A DNA stretch of 64,000 nt. It comes from the human T2T-CHM13v2.0 reference genome, Homo sapiens. The DNA lies in assembly GCF_009914755.1 (NCBI RefSeq), contig NC_060930.1; one strand, 5' to 3'. Both the position numbers and the translations under genes were made by a program. The notes beneath the pieces were generated by a model. The model ran no database searches, had not been told where the DNA came from, and saw only the letters and a program-made list of their open reading frames with translations. Below are positions 1 through 17,000 of the stretch, one piece after another; positions within the stretch are counted from its first letter, which is position 1; each line of letters opens with the position of its first letter.

Positions 1-1553
1 TCTAGGAATTTCATAAAATTTCTGGAACATATATTAATAACACATCCATACAAATACAACTTAAAGAAGGTTTAACATTACTTATTATTTGACAATGCTT
101 TCCATATTATTTATCAAATAGGCCCAATTACTTTAACATCTCTCTTTTTGTAAGGACGGATATCCTTTTGAGATGTCCCAAAGGCCCATCTGCAAAGCCC
201 CAAAATTAATTTGAGGTCAATAAAAATACTTGATTTAGAATTTGATTTTTTGGAAGCTTGCCAAAAATATCAAAGGTTTAAAATACTTGATCAAAATAGG
301 ATCACAGATCACTTGGAAATAATAGTCATCCATTTTAATCAGAGTGATAATTTAAAGACTTTAAAGGCAAATGCAGAAAAATTACATAGTTATAGAAAAA
401 CCTTCGATCTTTTATAGAGAGGACTCAGTTGTTTAAATGATCAAAAAACCTAATGAAGACAACATGAAGCACAGGAAATTATCTTAGTAAAATGTGGAAT
501 CTTTGTTTTGTAGGACAATTACTTCAAGGGTAAAGAAAAACTTTTCACAGTGTCATACTAAGAACAGACTAATACTCCAAGAAAACCTTGGCTTAACACA
601 GGGAAACAAATTCTAGTTTTGCATCAGTGTACCTTTGATATTAATGCTTGATTTTTAGAAAAACGTATAAATAATTCTCTTCTAATTTTAGCCAACTTGA
701 TCAACACAAAATTTTTTTTCACAAGATTTATCTTTCACACACCTTTTATAACTTTCTTATACATTCAGTTTTTGTCCTATACTTCCTCTCTTCTCATTTT
801 GGAACAACCTGTCATTCCATACCCGGATAAAATTTGCTCTTCTGTTTCTTGAACAAAACGAAATATCCTCATATATTATAGCTTTTCTTACCAAAAGCAC
901 ATTTTACCTGTCTACTTGCATATAGCTTTGTTTTCCTTATTTCTAGTGATTTCAATTATATATAATTAAGAATCTTAACTCATATTAACCTAAATTTCCA
1001 GTGAACACTAGGAAACAAGCAATTGTGAACTGTTGTGCCAGTAATCTGTAGACTGATAAATCTATGAATTATACTTTCTAGAAGCACGTGTTTTCTCATG
1101 GTAAATTTGTCAGTGTGGCACAAAATATGTTTATTAACAGTCCCAAAAAGCAAAGGAAAAGTCAGGCACACAGACTTTCAGTCAGGCACACTGACAGGAA
1201 AAGTCAGGCACACAGACGCTTCGAAGGGTGAGGGGAATGGAATTTATGGGGCAAAAAGGAAAAAGGAAAAATAATTCTCAGCAAACCAAGAGAGTCCTGC
1301 TAGCAGGTTTCCTACCTCACAGTTTGAACAACAGGCCACCACTCGAGCTGAAGAGAGCAGGCTCCTCCCCTGTGTAAGGTGCAAATTCCCTGTGGCTCCA
1401 CCCCATGCTGCCAGTGAGCATGCGGGCATGCTCAGACAAGGCCCTGGGCATGTTTCCTCATCTGCACAAAAGCATCTGAGGTAAACACTTGTGGGGAAGG
1501 TTGGAGGATCTCTGGGGACCCCTTTTTATCTGCCTAGGCATTTGGCTGTCTCA
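1..1553 (-). mobile_element. ERV1 (MER4-group) internal remnant plus MER61/MER83-like LTR (about 1196-1553), in a LEG1 intron
   Basis: The minus strand starts TGAGACAGCCAAATGCCTAGGCAGATAAAAAGGGGTCCCC. The LTR body resembles 7800-8166, and bases 1-80 resemble the ERV-internal stretch near 16770-16840. Confidence 0.65.
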
Positions 1554-2569
1554 ACACTATGGTTCCAATAACTTCAAGTCTTTTCTCTTGAGCTCACCCA
1601 GTTTCCAGAAGAGACTCTTTCAGTCACCTGCTTCAGAAGTGAAGGCCTGGCTGTTAGTATTATTGAAGTCAAGAGAGAAGGAAGAAGCAAGGGGAGAGTG
1701 TCTTTGCATTCAGTATATCATTTACACTTATATCCTGTTTCCAAGGTGGTGTTCCTACCTTCAACCATGTTTAGTTCACACAGTTCAAGGACCCTCTGTT
1801 CTACCCTTTCCAGGGCAAGGAGTGGCAGTTACCTACTATTTGAAATCTGGAAGGAAATCTTTGTATATGATTGCTTCTTTAAAGTCTTTTAATCTCCCTG
1901 ATTTTAGCAATCTCCTTTTACCCAGAAGGTATTACTAAGACTTAAATCGAGGAGAATTCTACAAATTATATCAGCATTATTTTTCTATTTTCCTCTCTGT
2001 TTACTTAGAATTTAATTTTCTTGATTCTATTAAATCTTTTCAACTAGTTCTTTTCAATTTTCAGCTTCCAAAATCTTGTTGTTCCCCACGTGTTCTGATT
2101 TTATTTCTTGTGTCATTTTTATGGAGATTTGTTAGGTTGCAAAAGTACAAGTATTTGTTAAAAACAGCATTTTTACTAAAAAACTCTTTTACCTAAAAAT
2201 TCCCTTCTATTGTCTCTTTAATTGGGATCAGTTCAGAATATAATAAAATATTGTGTTATGGATAAATTTATATATAGGTGCACTATTAAGAAAGCTAAAA
2301 ATACATGTTTTCTATTAATTCACCTCACTGAAAGTTTAATAATAGTTCCTCAGGCAATTTGAATATTTTCAAAGGCTTATATTGGCAAAAGGTAAATCTT
2401 TTAATATGATTATTTTGGAAGATTTCAAATACCTGCTTATGTGCTCTGATTTGTTAATCTACCTGTTTATGAGGTCTCTGCTTTGTCAAGGTCTATGAAT
2501 TCATATTACAAGATTCAAGGCTAATGATTGTTCCTTGAAATGAAGTAATAATGTACAAATTAAGATGTT

Positions 2570-2800
2570 TTGCTTTGAAGTTCCACAGACCTGAGTTTTA
2601 AATCCTGGCTCATTTGACCTAGGAGTTCAAACAAGGAGAAACTCAATTTTCTTATTTTTAAAATAGCAATAACAATAGTACATGCCACATAGGGCAATTT
2701 TGAGGATTAATTAAGAAATCCATAGGTTATGCTTAACGTACTGCTGGCATATGAGAAATATTCAATATAAAGTAACTATTATCACCATGACAAAAAGCAG
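2570..2800 (+). mobile_element. MIR-like SINE remnant
   Basis: cagacctgagttttaaatcctggctc...caattttcttattttta aaatag...gaggattaa resembles the MIR core. Confidence 0.5.
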
Positions 2801-5012
2801 TAGTAAAGAACATGGATTTTAAAGGCAAATTGACAGGGTTTAAAACAGGGCCCTGCAATTTACTATGTGTGAGGCTCTGAGTTAAGTTAGCTTTGTTTGA
2901 AAGAAAGCAGCCCAATCAACAATCACTAAACCTCAGTGTTGTACAACTGTGTTTATTGCTCAGATGTCTGGGGTTTAGATATGCTGCTCTGCTGATCTTT
3001 CCTGGGTTCACTCTCATGTTGGCTGATTTTGATTGGCTCCAGCAGGGATGACTGGGGAAGCTCAGCTCTGTTCCCCGTCTCATTCTACATCAGACAAGCC
3101 TGGTTGTTTTCCATAATGATGGCAGAATTGCAAGAAAGAATAACCAAATTGTGAAAATGTATTTCAAGTTTATGCTATGTCAAAATCGTTAATATTGTAT
3201 TTTTTAAGTCAAGTTACATGACTGAGTCAGGAGTGGGAATTTCTGCCTATCACTTAATTTAGGAAGAACTGGTAATGAAAGTTACATAGCAGAAGACAGA
3301 ATTGTAGGGATTGGAGAACAACTGGGGCCATGGTTACAATCTATTGCATGCTGTGAAACAACCCTAAAAGCTCATCAAGTTACTTTCTTTAGGCAAATAT
3401 ATATTAAGGAGTATTTACTTGAGACAGTACTGTATATTTTGTAGCTTGCATATACTCAAATAAAACTCTGTGGCTCTGTATCCTCAGATTGGCTGACTTA
3501 CGTATGCCTGTGTTTCAACTTTATGTGAATCATTTCAAGTGTACTTTAATTCTTTCTTCGGTGACCACATTCTATCTGATCATTAGGTGAACTGACCAAC
3601 AAATCATTCAACTGATGCATTTGAAGAGTTTATTATTGAATTTCTTCACTGCTCTTGTGATTTCTGTGTATTGAACTGGTGCACTCATCTCTTCTCTCCC
3701 AGTGATTCTGACTTACTTCCAATTTGTTTAGTACATTGTTACTAGACCTCTGTGGCCATTGCTCAAAATCTTTATGACTTCATATTTCCTTTCATCTTTG
3801 CTTGGTAGGTGACTGTAATGTATTAAGGGGCATTGAATCCCGACCAAACACTTCTGTCATCGACAATCCAACTCTGCCCACCCTACCACTTCCAAGTATA
3901 GGGCAGGGAGGATCCCACAAGCATAGGAATCAAACAGATAACAGGTATTATCTGGGTTATGTTATAGTTTATTTAATCTCAACAAGCATAATGCAAGTAC
4001 CTTCTGTTTAATGTATCTTTTCTATGTTGCTGTCAAAATAAAATCAGATAATCGAATTTCTAGACATGATAATAGAATATAACTAGAGAAAAAAATCCTT
4101 CAAATATGTGGATGATATAGTGTTATGGGAATATAGAAGAGAAGAAAGTGGTAGATTCCACCTCAGGTGGGCTGGAATGCCCTTCACCCTTGTGAAGAAG
4201 GTAATATCTATGATGAGACTTGAAACAGAATGTACCTGCTGAACCACATGGTGAGTACACAATGTCTCAGGGAGAACAAGTCTGTTTGCAAAACTACAAG
4301 TTGTTTAGCATGCTTAGACAGCTCATAGAAGCAGAAGACATGACTTTTATAGTTCTAAAACTACTGAATATAACTTTAATCTTTCCATTGTAATTATTTG
4401 TCCCCATTTCTTAGGAGAAACTAAACTTTCTCACCTATTATGGGGACAAATAGTTACAGAGGCTTTTCTAATAATTACAGAGTCTTTTCTAACAATTACA
4501 GAGGCTTTTTTTCTACCTGAGGCTTCCTGTGGTAGAAGAATGCCAATTATTTACAATTTAGATCTAGATATTATTTTTCTAGAAATCTCAATGTTTCTGG
4601 GATCCCTGGCTTTAAGAAATCAACAGTTTCACAAAGGATATTTGAGTCTAGCAAAAATTTTGCTTTAGACCTTTGATATTTATCTCTACATTGGCAAAGA
4701 GTATGATTTAAAAATGCCTTACTTTTGGTTATTAGGTGGTATTCAAGTATAATGTGCTGAATTAAAGAAGATAAAATGCAATGTAAAATGTAAACAATTA
4801 GTGAGATGATTCTTCCTAGATTTAGAATTTTAATGAGCCAACTTCACACCTCCTGAGGGATGGAATAAAGTCATCACAATATCAAGCCTATTTTCTAAAT
4901 TATAAAATTATGAATTTAGTTTGTTGGCAAGAACCAATATTTTCTGAAGGCAATGAGCTTGAACTTCTGAGGTGACTAATTATAATTAAATACTTTTCCG
5001 TTTGTCTTTTAG

Positions 5013-5251
5013 ATATGATTATTATTCTAAAGCAGAAGCGCATTTTGAGAGAAGTTGGGTACTGGCTGTGGATCATTTAGCTGCAGTCCTCTTTCCTACA
5101 ACCTTGATTAGATCATATAAGTTCCAGAAGGGCATGCCACCACGAATTCTTCTTAATACTGATGTAGCCCCTTTCATCAGTGACTTTACTGCTTTTCAGA
5201 ATGTAGTCCTGGTTCTTCTAAATATGCTTGACAATGTGGATAAATCTATAG
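5013..5251 (+). CDS. LEG1: LEG1/C6orf58 penultimate coding exon (exon 5, 239 nt, phase 2 to phase 1)
   Basis: Acceptor tttgtcttttAG at 5011-5012 and donor GTAAGA at 5252. Reads (R)YDYYSKAEAHFERSWVLAVDHLAAVLFPTTLIRSYKFQKGMPPRILLNTDVAPFISDFTAFQNVVLVLLNMLDNVDKSI(G), which I recognise as human LEG1 homolog (C6orf58). Branch-point-like TGACTAAT at 4973-4980. Confidence 0.95.
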
Positions 5252-6468
5252 GTAAGAACCTTAAAAGGATACTTTTAAAAATCAGTATTATGTTGAACAA
5301 ATAGAGGAAGAAATAATAATTAAATCAGTGATATAAACATTACAGCACTCCAAAAATAAAGATTTCCCTGTGGGTATCCATTCTATTTCTTTAGCAATAA
5401 TCACTCTTGATATATAGAACCATTTAATGAGCACACATTTTAATCTTCTTACTCATGGTCTGTCCTTTCATCTGGAGACCATGTTGAAACTTGAAGTTGG
5501 CAAACCAACTGAAACACTTTTGTTTTGTTCTACATACCGATATATATTCCTTATTTTGCTCATCAGATCATTTAAAAAAAAAAACTTTCTACTTTGCTCT
5601 TATATTTAAAGAAAATGAAGACATTTCAAAAGAAAACCTGCCATGATTAATGAAATTACTAGCAATTTGGCTTACTTGAGTTCCCTTGATCCAATACTAT
5701 TAGTCATGGAAGAAGGGTTTTATTCTAGCCCTTCAAATGCTGGATCTTCTAGTGAGGTAAAAAAAACAGAGGGTTCTTTATCTACCAGTTTGAAAGTGAC
5801 TATATCATTCCCATTTGCCATACATGAACTGAAGCATTGAGCCAAATTTAAAACGTTTTTCAAAGCAAAAACATCAAGTCTGAAAGATAAAAATGGAGTA
5901 AATTAAACATGAATAAATTAAACCTATGTTTAAAAAAAACCTCTGCATCAGTTAGAGTAACAAAAACATCCAAACACTTTATAGACTTCATACAATTGAA
6001 GTTTTTCCTTTGGTTCTAGTGCAGCATTCTCTGTCAGTAGGCAGCTTCCCTTCACACAATCAGTAGCAGACCAAGTCTTCTTCATTCTGTGAAAATTTTT
6101 CTTGGAGCTTTTTCCCAAAAATGAGTTGATCCAATTTATTCTGTTTAATAGATATATAGTGTTATTATTAGTTATTGCCAATAATATAACAATGACATTT
6201 TATATATATTTTTCTTGCATAATTTATTATTTTATCACCAAATTCATAGAAAGAACGTGAAGTAAAGTTGGTAAGTCAGGTATTGCCAAATGGTATTGCC
6301 AATAATTCTATGAATGACATGCCATGCTTACTTTTCTTTGTATAATTTATGATTTTACCATTAAATTAGTAGAAAGGAAATGAAATAAAATTATGAGCCA
6401 TATATTGCCAAAAGGTACTTTAAAAAATTTGCAAGAGTTTACATGTAATCATTTTGTATCTTTTACAG

Positions 6469-6548
6469 GTTATCTTTGTACAGAAAAATCTAATGTATAT
6501 AGAGATCATTCGGAATCTAGCTCTAGAAGTTATGGAAATAACTCCTGA
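6469..6548 (+). CDS. LEG1: LEG1/C6orf58 terminal coding exon (exon 6)
   Basis: Acceptor tcttttacAG at 6467-6468. In phase with exon 5 it reads GYLCTEKSNVYRDHSESSSRSYGNNS-TGA (6546-6548), matching the human C6orf58 C-terminus as I recall it. Confidence 0.92.
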
Positions 6549-6708
6549 AACATTTAACTTCAAACTTCAGGAAATGATTAATGAATTAAAAATGAAAAAC
6601 TCGAACTTGACAATCAGTAATTTCAAAAAATTAATGTCATCATGACCATGTAGTTTATTCTTTCTGATATTTTTGATTTATGCTTATTTGTTAAGATCTT
6701 GTACATGT

Positions 6709-6727
6709 ATTAAAAACTTAAATTAAA
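6709..6727 (+). promoter_or_regulatory. Candidate LEG1 polyadenylation signals (ATTAAA x2)
   Basis: ATTAAA at 6709-6714 and 6722-6727, about 160-180 nt after the stop codon; no AATAAA occurs closer to the stop. Confidence 0.5.
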
Positions 6728-7306
6728 TGCATTCAAGTTAAAATAATGATTATTTTGCTCATGATTTTAAAATTCATTAATGATTAAAATGTTTAAGATA
6801 AAAGGATATTGCATTATGCTACCAAAAAATAACTGAGAAATTAACAAACATATTAAACTTGTGTAGCTCTTTTGTTGTTATCCTATCATCAAATTTCATG
6901 ACATTTAGACTAATATATATTGCTGATTTATAACCAAAATCCAGATCATTTTGAAATAAAATACTGACAGGCAGTTCAAATTTTTAAAATTCATAAAACT
7001 GACCTGGAAAGTAGAATACACTAACTCATGTGTCAGTTTTCTCTGTGTTTTTGCTGACCACAAGTTTACAGCAATTACATGATAGAGTTCCCCTCCTTTC
7101 ACCCACACTTGATAATGAATTCATTATATATAAAATATATAATTAATAAGTGAGAATACACTGGCCAGGAGGTGGTGATTTCTAGAGCTGACACGAAGCT
7201 TTCATATGAAAGTTTTCCCGGGTCCTCATTCACATACTAAATCTACCCACTAACTGTTGGAAAATGAAATTGGACAAATTGGTTTGAATATATGGGTACT
7301 GGATTA

Positions 7307-7706
<400 letters not shown>

Positions 7707-9109
7707 TCAGTTTACTTATTGTTAGAGTTAAGATTATAAAACCTACATTGCTAGATTATTTTGGGGAGTCAATAAAAACATAAATACAATGGTGGCTCGA
7801 GTTGCAGAAAAAAACCGTGTTCCTGTCACATGACCAGGAAAGATTAAGCTTGCAGACACTTTGAAGGGGGAGGGGGAATGGAATTTACTGGGTGAAAAGG
7901 AAAAAACTCAGCAAAACAGAGGGGTTCCTGTTAACAGACCCCCATCTCACAGATTGAATCCCAGGTTACCACACAGGAAAAGGAGAGGCCAGGCTCCTAC
8001 CCCTGCAAACAGCATGAACTTCCCAAGGCTCCACCCTGTCACCCTAGAGCTCAGGACGATTGGAGATTCTCCGGGACCAGCAGTCTGGTTTTTCAGCCTT
8101 TGAGCTGTTTTAGGCTTGAGGGTGGGGCTTCACTAGGGAAACCTTTGGCTGCTTCCATCTGTATCATTCCCCCTTCTAACTGCCCTTAGAATAAGGATAA
8201 GGGTAAGGATAAGGATAGAAGATGGCCGAATAGGAACAGCTCTGGTCTACAGCTCCCAGCGTGAGCGACGCAGAAGACGGGTGATTTCTGCATTTCCATC
8301 TGAGGTACCGGGTTCATCTCACTAGGGAGTGCCAGACAGTGGGCGCAGGTCAGTGGGTGCATGCACCGTGCGCGAGCCGAAGCAGGGCGAGGCATTGCCT
8401 CACTCGGGAAGCGCAAGGGGTCAGGGAGTTCCCTTTCCTAGTCAAAGAAAGGGGTGACGGAGGCACCCGGAAAATCGGGTCACTCCCACCCGAATATTGC
8501 GCTTTTCCGACTGGCTTAAAAACCGGTGCACCACGAGATTCTATCCCGCACGTGGCTCGGAGGCTCCTACGCCCACGGAGTCTCACTGATTGCTAGCACA
8601 GCAGTCTGAGATCAAACTGCAAGGCGGCAGCGAGGCTGGGGGAGGGGCGCCCGCCATTGCCCAGGCTTGCTTAGGTAAACAAAGCAGCTGGGAAGCTCGA
8701 ACTGGGTGGAGCCCACCACAGCTCAAGGAGGCCTGCCTGCCTCTGTAGGCTCCACCTCTGGGGGCAGGGCACAGACAAACAAAAAGACAGCAGTAACCTC
8801 TGCAGACTTAAATGTCCCTATCTGACAGCTTTGAAGAGAGCAGTGGTTCTCCCAGCACGCAGCTGGAGATCTGAGAACAGGCAGACTGCCTCCTCAAGTG
8901 GGTCCCTGACCCCTGACCCCCGAGCAGCCTAACTGGGAGGCACCCCCCCAGCAGGGGCACACTGACACCTCTCACGGCAGGGTATTGCAACAGACCTGCA
9001 GCTGAGGGTCCTGTCTGTTAGAAGGAAAACTAACAGAAAGGACATCCACACCAAAAACACATCTGTACATCACCATCATCAAAGACCAAAAGTAGATAAA
9101 ACTACAAAG

Positions 9110-10124
9110 ATGGGGAAAAAACAGAACAGAAAAACTGGAAACTCTAAAAAGCAGAGCGCCTCTCCTTCTCCAAAGGAACACAGTTCCTCACCAGCAACGG
9201 AACAAAGCTGGATGGAGAATGACTTTGACGAGCTGAGAGAAGAAGGCTTCAGACGATCAAATTACTCTGAGCTACGGGAGGACATTCAAACCAAAGGCAA
9301 AGAAGTTGAAAACTTTGAAAAAATTTGGAAAATGTATAACTAGAATAACCAATACAGAGAAGTGCTTAAAGGAGCTGATGGAGCTGAAAACCAAGGCTCG
9401 AGAACTACGTGAAGAATGCAGAAGCCTCAGGAGCCGATGCAATCAACTGGAAGAAAGGATATCAGCAATGGAAGATGAAATGAATGAAATGAAGCGAGAA
9501 GGGAAGTTTAGAGAAAAAAGAATAAAAAGAAATGAGCAAAGCCTCCAAGAAATATGGGACTATGTGAAAAGACCAAATCTACGTCTGATTGGTGTACCTG
9601 AAAGTGATGGGGAGAATGGAACCAAGTTGGAAAACACTCTGCAGGATATTATCCAGGAGCACTTCCCCAATCTAGCAAGGCAGGCCAACGTTCAGATTCA
9701 GGAAATACAGAGAACGCCACAAAGATACTCCTCGAGAAGAGCAACTCCAAGACACATAATTATCAGATTCACCAAAGTTGCAATGAAGGAAAAAATGTTA
9801 AGGGCAGCCAGAGAGAAAGGTCGGGTTACCCTCAAAGGGAAGCCCATCAAACTAACAGCGGATCTCTCGGCAGAAACCCTACAAGCCAGAAGAGAGTGGG
9901 GGCCAATATTCAACATTCTTCAAGAAAAGAATTTTCAACCCAGAATTTCATATCCAGCCAAACTAAGCTTCATAAGTGAAGGAGAAATAAAATACTTTAC
10001 AGACAAGCAAATGCTGAGAGATTTTGTCACCACCAGGCCTGCCCTAAAAGAGCTCCTGAAGGAAGCGCTAAACATGGAAAGGAACAACCGGTACCAGCTG
10101 CTACAAAATCATGCCAAAATGTAA
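9110..10124 (+). pseudogene. L1 ORF1p, frameshifted near 9320-9330
   Basis: MGKKQNRKTG... start and ...QNHAKM end are split over two ORF-track frames (9110-9343 and 9306-10124). Confidence 0.93.
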
Positions 10125-10172
10125 AGACCATCGAGACTAGGAAGAAACTGCATCAACTAACGAGCAAAATAA

Positions 10173-14010
<3,838 letters not shown>

Positions 14011-17000
14011 ACAATGAGATCACATGGACACAGGAAGGGGAATATCACACTCTGGGGACTGTTGTGGGGTGGGGGGAGGGGAGAGGGATAGCATTGGGAG
14101 ATATACCTAATGCTAGATGACGAGTTAGTGGGTGCAGCACACCAGCATGGCACATGTATACATATGTGACTAACCTGCACAATGAGCACATGTACCCTAA
14201 AACTTAAAGTATAATAAAAAATTAAATTAAATTAAATTAAATTAAAAAAACAAGGATAAGGATAAAGACAGATCCTCACTGCTTCCTGCTGACAGGGGGC
14301 GCTATTTTAGGGAAATGGCAGTCAGAGCTTCCTCAGAGGCCTACCTAAGGGTTTCTGGCAAAAGGAGCCATAGACAAAGGCTTTGGTTGCATGATGGTTT
14401 GGAGTTTGATGGCCTGAAGGTGAGAAGAGACAAAGTGGGTTATTAGAAAACATATATAGAAATGGAATAAGGGAGGGGTAAGGACAGCTCAAAAATCCGG
14501 AGGCCTTTTAACCAGTTTGCACAATGAGAGGGGATGCCAAAAGCCTGACCAGTAAAAAAAACTTTTACCCTTTTGTCAGCATGTTAGGCTTCTGGGTTCT
14601 CTTCCCTGGAGCCCAATTCTAAGCCAACCAGTTTAAGGTTTGGGAAATTAACTCTTCCCATTTTGGAGGATGCATCTGAGGGGAGTGTCCTGTAGTTTGG
14701 AGACATGATTATCTATCGGTGAAAGGGATAGATGAAAATAAAGGAAAGAAGAAGGAATTTTTTCAGAGGAGTCCCAGGGGTTCAGGATGTATTCAAAAGG
14801 GGTACAGACTAAAGATTAATGGCTACTCTCTAGAAAGAGGGGAGCAGGTGTCCCTGGTTCCTTTCTTTTCCTAGCACATACCCAGGGCACATGGAGAGGG
14901 AAAATGAGACTTTCCTCTTTCTTTCCTCTGTCCTTATGTTCTCGAGTCTTGGTGACCACAACAGGGTGCCACCCATGGGTGTTAAAGTGGCTTTCAACCA
15001 TGTTAACAGGGGGGCCTAGGGGATGGGAGTATCTGCTCTTACCCATGTATGCGCTATCATCCCTGCTGTCAGTAGCCTTGAATTCCCTAGACCTCATTTA
15101 TGCCATGGATATTAGCGTGACCTTTATCCATGGAATGAGAAGCTAGGCTTAATTGGAGGGAATCAGTCATGCTCACCTGTGTTGTGCCTTTTAACCTCTG
15201 TTATCATCTGTTTCCGGATCCCTTAGATCCAGTTTTCTATTCTAGGGCTTTGATCCAAAGCTTGGAATTGAGTTTGGTACAAAAATCTGTCTTGTGGGGG
15301 TTGCAAGGACTCCTTATCATAAGCCAAATGCTAAAGTGAAGCTGTGGAATTGAGTCTTCCTCCAGCAAGGGAGAGAAAAGGATATCTTATGACATGCCCA
15401 GATAACTGGTGGCTATAGTTATGCTTGCTAAGATTTCAGTGCATTGTGCTTGGCTTTGATTAGCTCCCTTTGTTTTACTTTCCCAAAAAGGAATCCTCTG
15501 GGTTATGGGCACCCTATTCATTCCCATCACCTGGCAGAATTTGCAGGATAATTGCTCATAACTAGAATATTGATCCAGATTTTTATATTACCCATTCCCT
15601 TTTGTTTCTTCTGAGCTGCAGCTGGAGATCACTGGTTGGTTCACAAGAACAAGCAGGGTTAGTCTAAAATGTAGGCAAAAACTTAAAAAAACTAATGAGC
15701 TAATGAGTTTAGAATTTAATGACAAATATATGATAAGTTTCAAAACATAATTTCTGTCTCTCCAGTCCTCAGTTTTGTTAAAAAAAATCATGAAAGGACT
15801 GAGTTGTTTGCAAAATAGTCTTTAGTCTTATACTTGGCCTGACTATTTGCACAAAGTGCAGCAAGAATAATTATCTCTAAATAGGCATTTTAGATTGGCT
15901 TTGATGGGACTCTGTTCCACAAAGAATGTCAGATAAGACCTTTTAAAGTGAAGCACAGCCATGGATTTGTATCTTCAAATACCTGTGATTTGGGTGATCC
16001 TCTTCCCTTAAGGTCCCAAGATAAACTTGGAACTCCTGGGTCTGTTAGAAAGTGACATTCTTTACTGACTGCAGGTCAGGAACCCTATACAGGGACTGTG
16101 TAGAGAAGAGTATGAGGCCAGTTTTTCCCAAGGGGCTTTTATCAGCTCTGCAAGTTAAGCTTGACTCTTTAAAGGGAAGCAAACCCTTCCAGTCAAAACC
16201 TTAGTAAAACAACCAGTTTCTCCAATTGCATCCTGTTGCAAAAGAAAATGAATTCTTATTGCACTGATGCAAACAACTATATTGCTGTGAGTTAAGAATA
16301 TTCACAACTAATTTCCAGACTATAGAGGAAAAAGGCAGAGAGAAACAAACACGTTCCAAGTTTTGTTCACAGGAGTATACTGGACTCTGAAAAACAAAAC
16401 AAGGATCAGCAGTATTACAAGCAAATGTCAAAGAGATTGCTTCAGTTTTCTGAGTTCAGTCCATTCAGTTAGCTTATTTTGCTTGATGTTCATGAGTCCT
16501 GTACATCTTTCCTTTATTCCAATGTCACAATTTCCAAAGTTATCAGAAACCTATATTTGAGAGCACCTGTCAAATTTCTATAGCTTGTTATAAACCATCT
16601 TTTAAAAAGGATTAAAATATGGCAACAATTGTCTGTGAATAACAAAATGTCCAAGGTAGTTACAGTTAGAAACACATTTGACAATGAAGTTTGGTTATCT
16701 CTGTGATTTACAATAATTTAACATAACTACCTTAATTATGATTGATAGCATGTATTTTAGACATTAGAATTTTTGAAATCCCATACAATTTTGGAGCATA
16801 TATTAGTATTATTCACAAAAAAAGAAGATTGAACACCTTTTTGGCAATCCCATTTACCTAAATATGTACCTCCCTTTTGGATACTCCAGGGGCACTGTGA
16901 AGCCTCCAAAAGCCAGACATTAGGAAAGACAATTTTGAAACCAAAGTTTCATTTTGGGAAGCCTGCTAAATATGTTAGAGATTTAAAGCACAATGTTATG

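Noticed and set aside
1489-1938. 149-aa ORF
   Set aside because: Non-ATG start inside an LTR, no recognisable domain, and it lies in a LEG1 intron.
3400-3960. Moderately complex non-repetitive-looking intronic stretch, possibly a retrocopy or DNA-transposon fragment
   Set aside because: No sustained reading frame or recognisable motif; it cannot be assigned without a database search.
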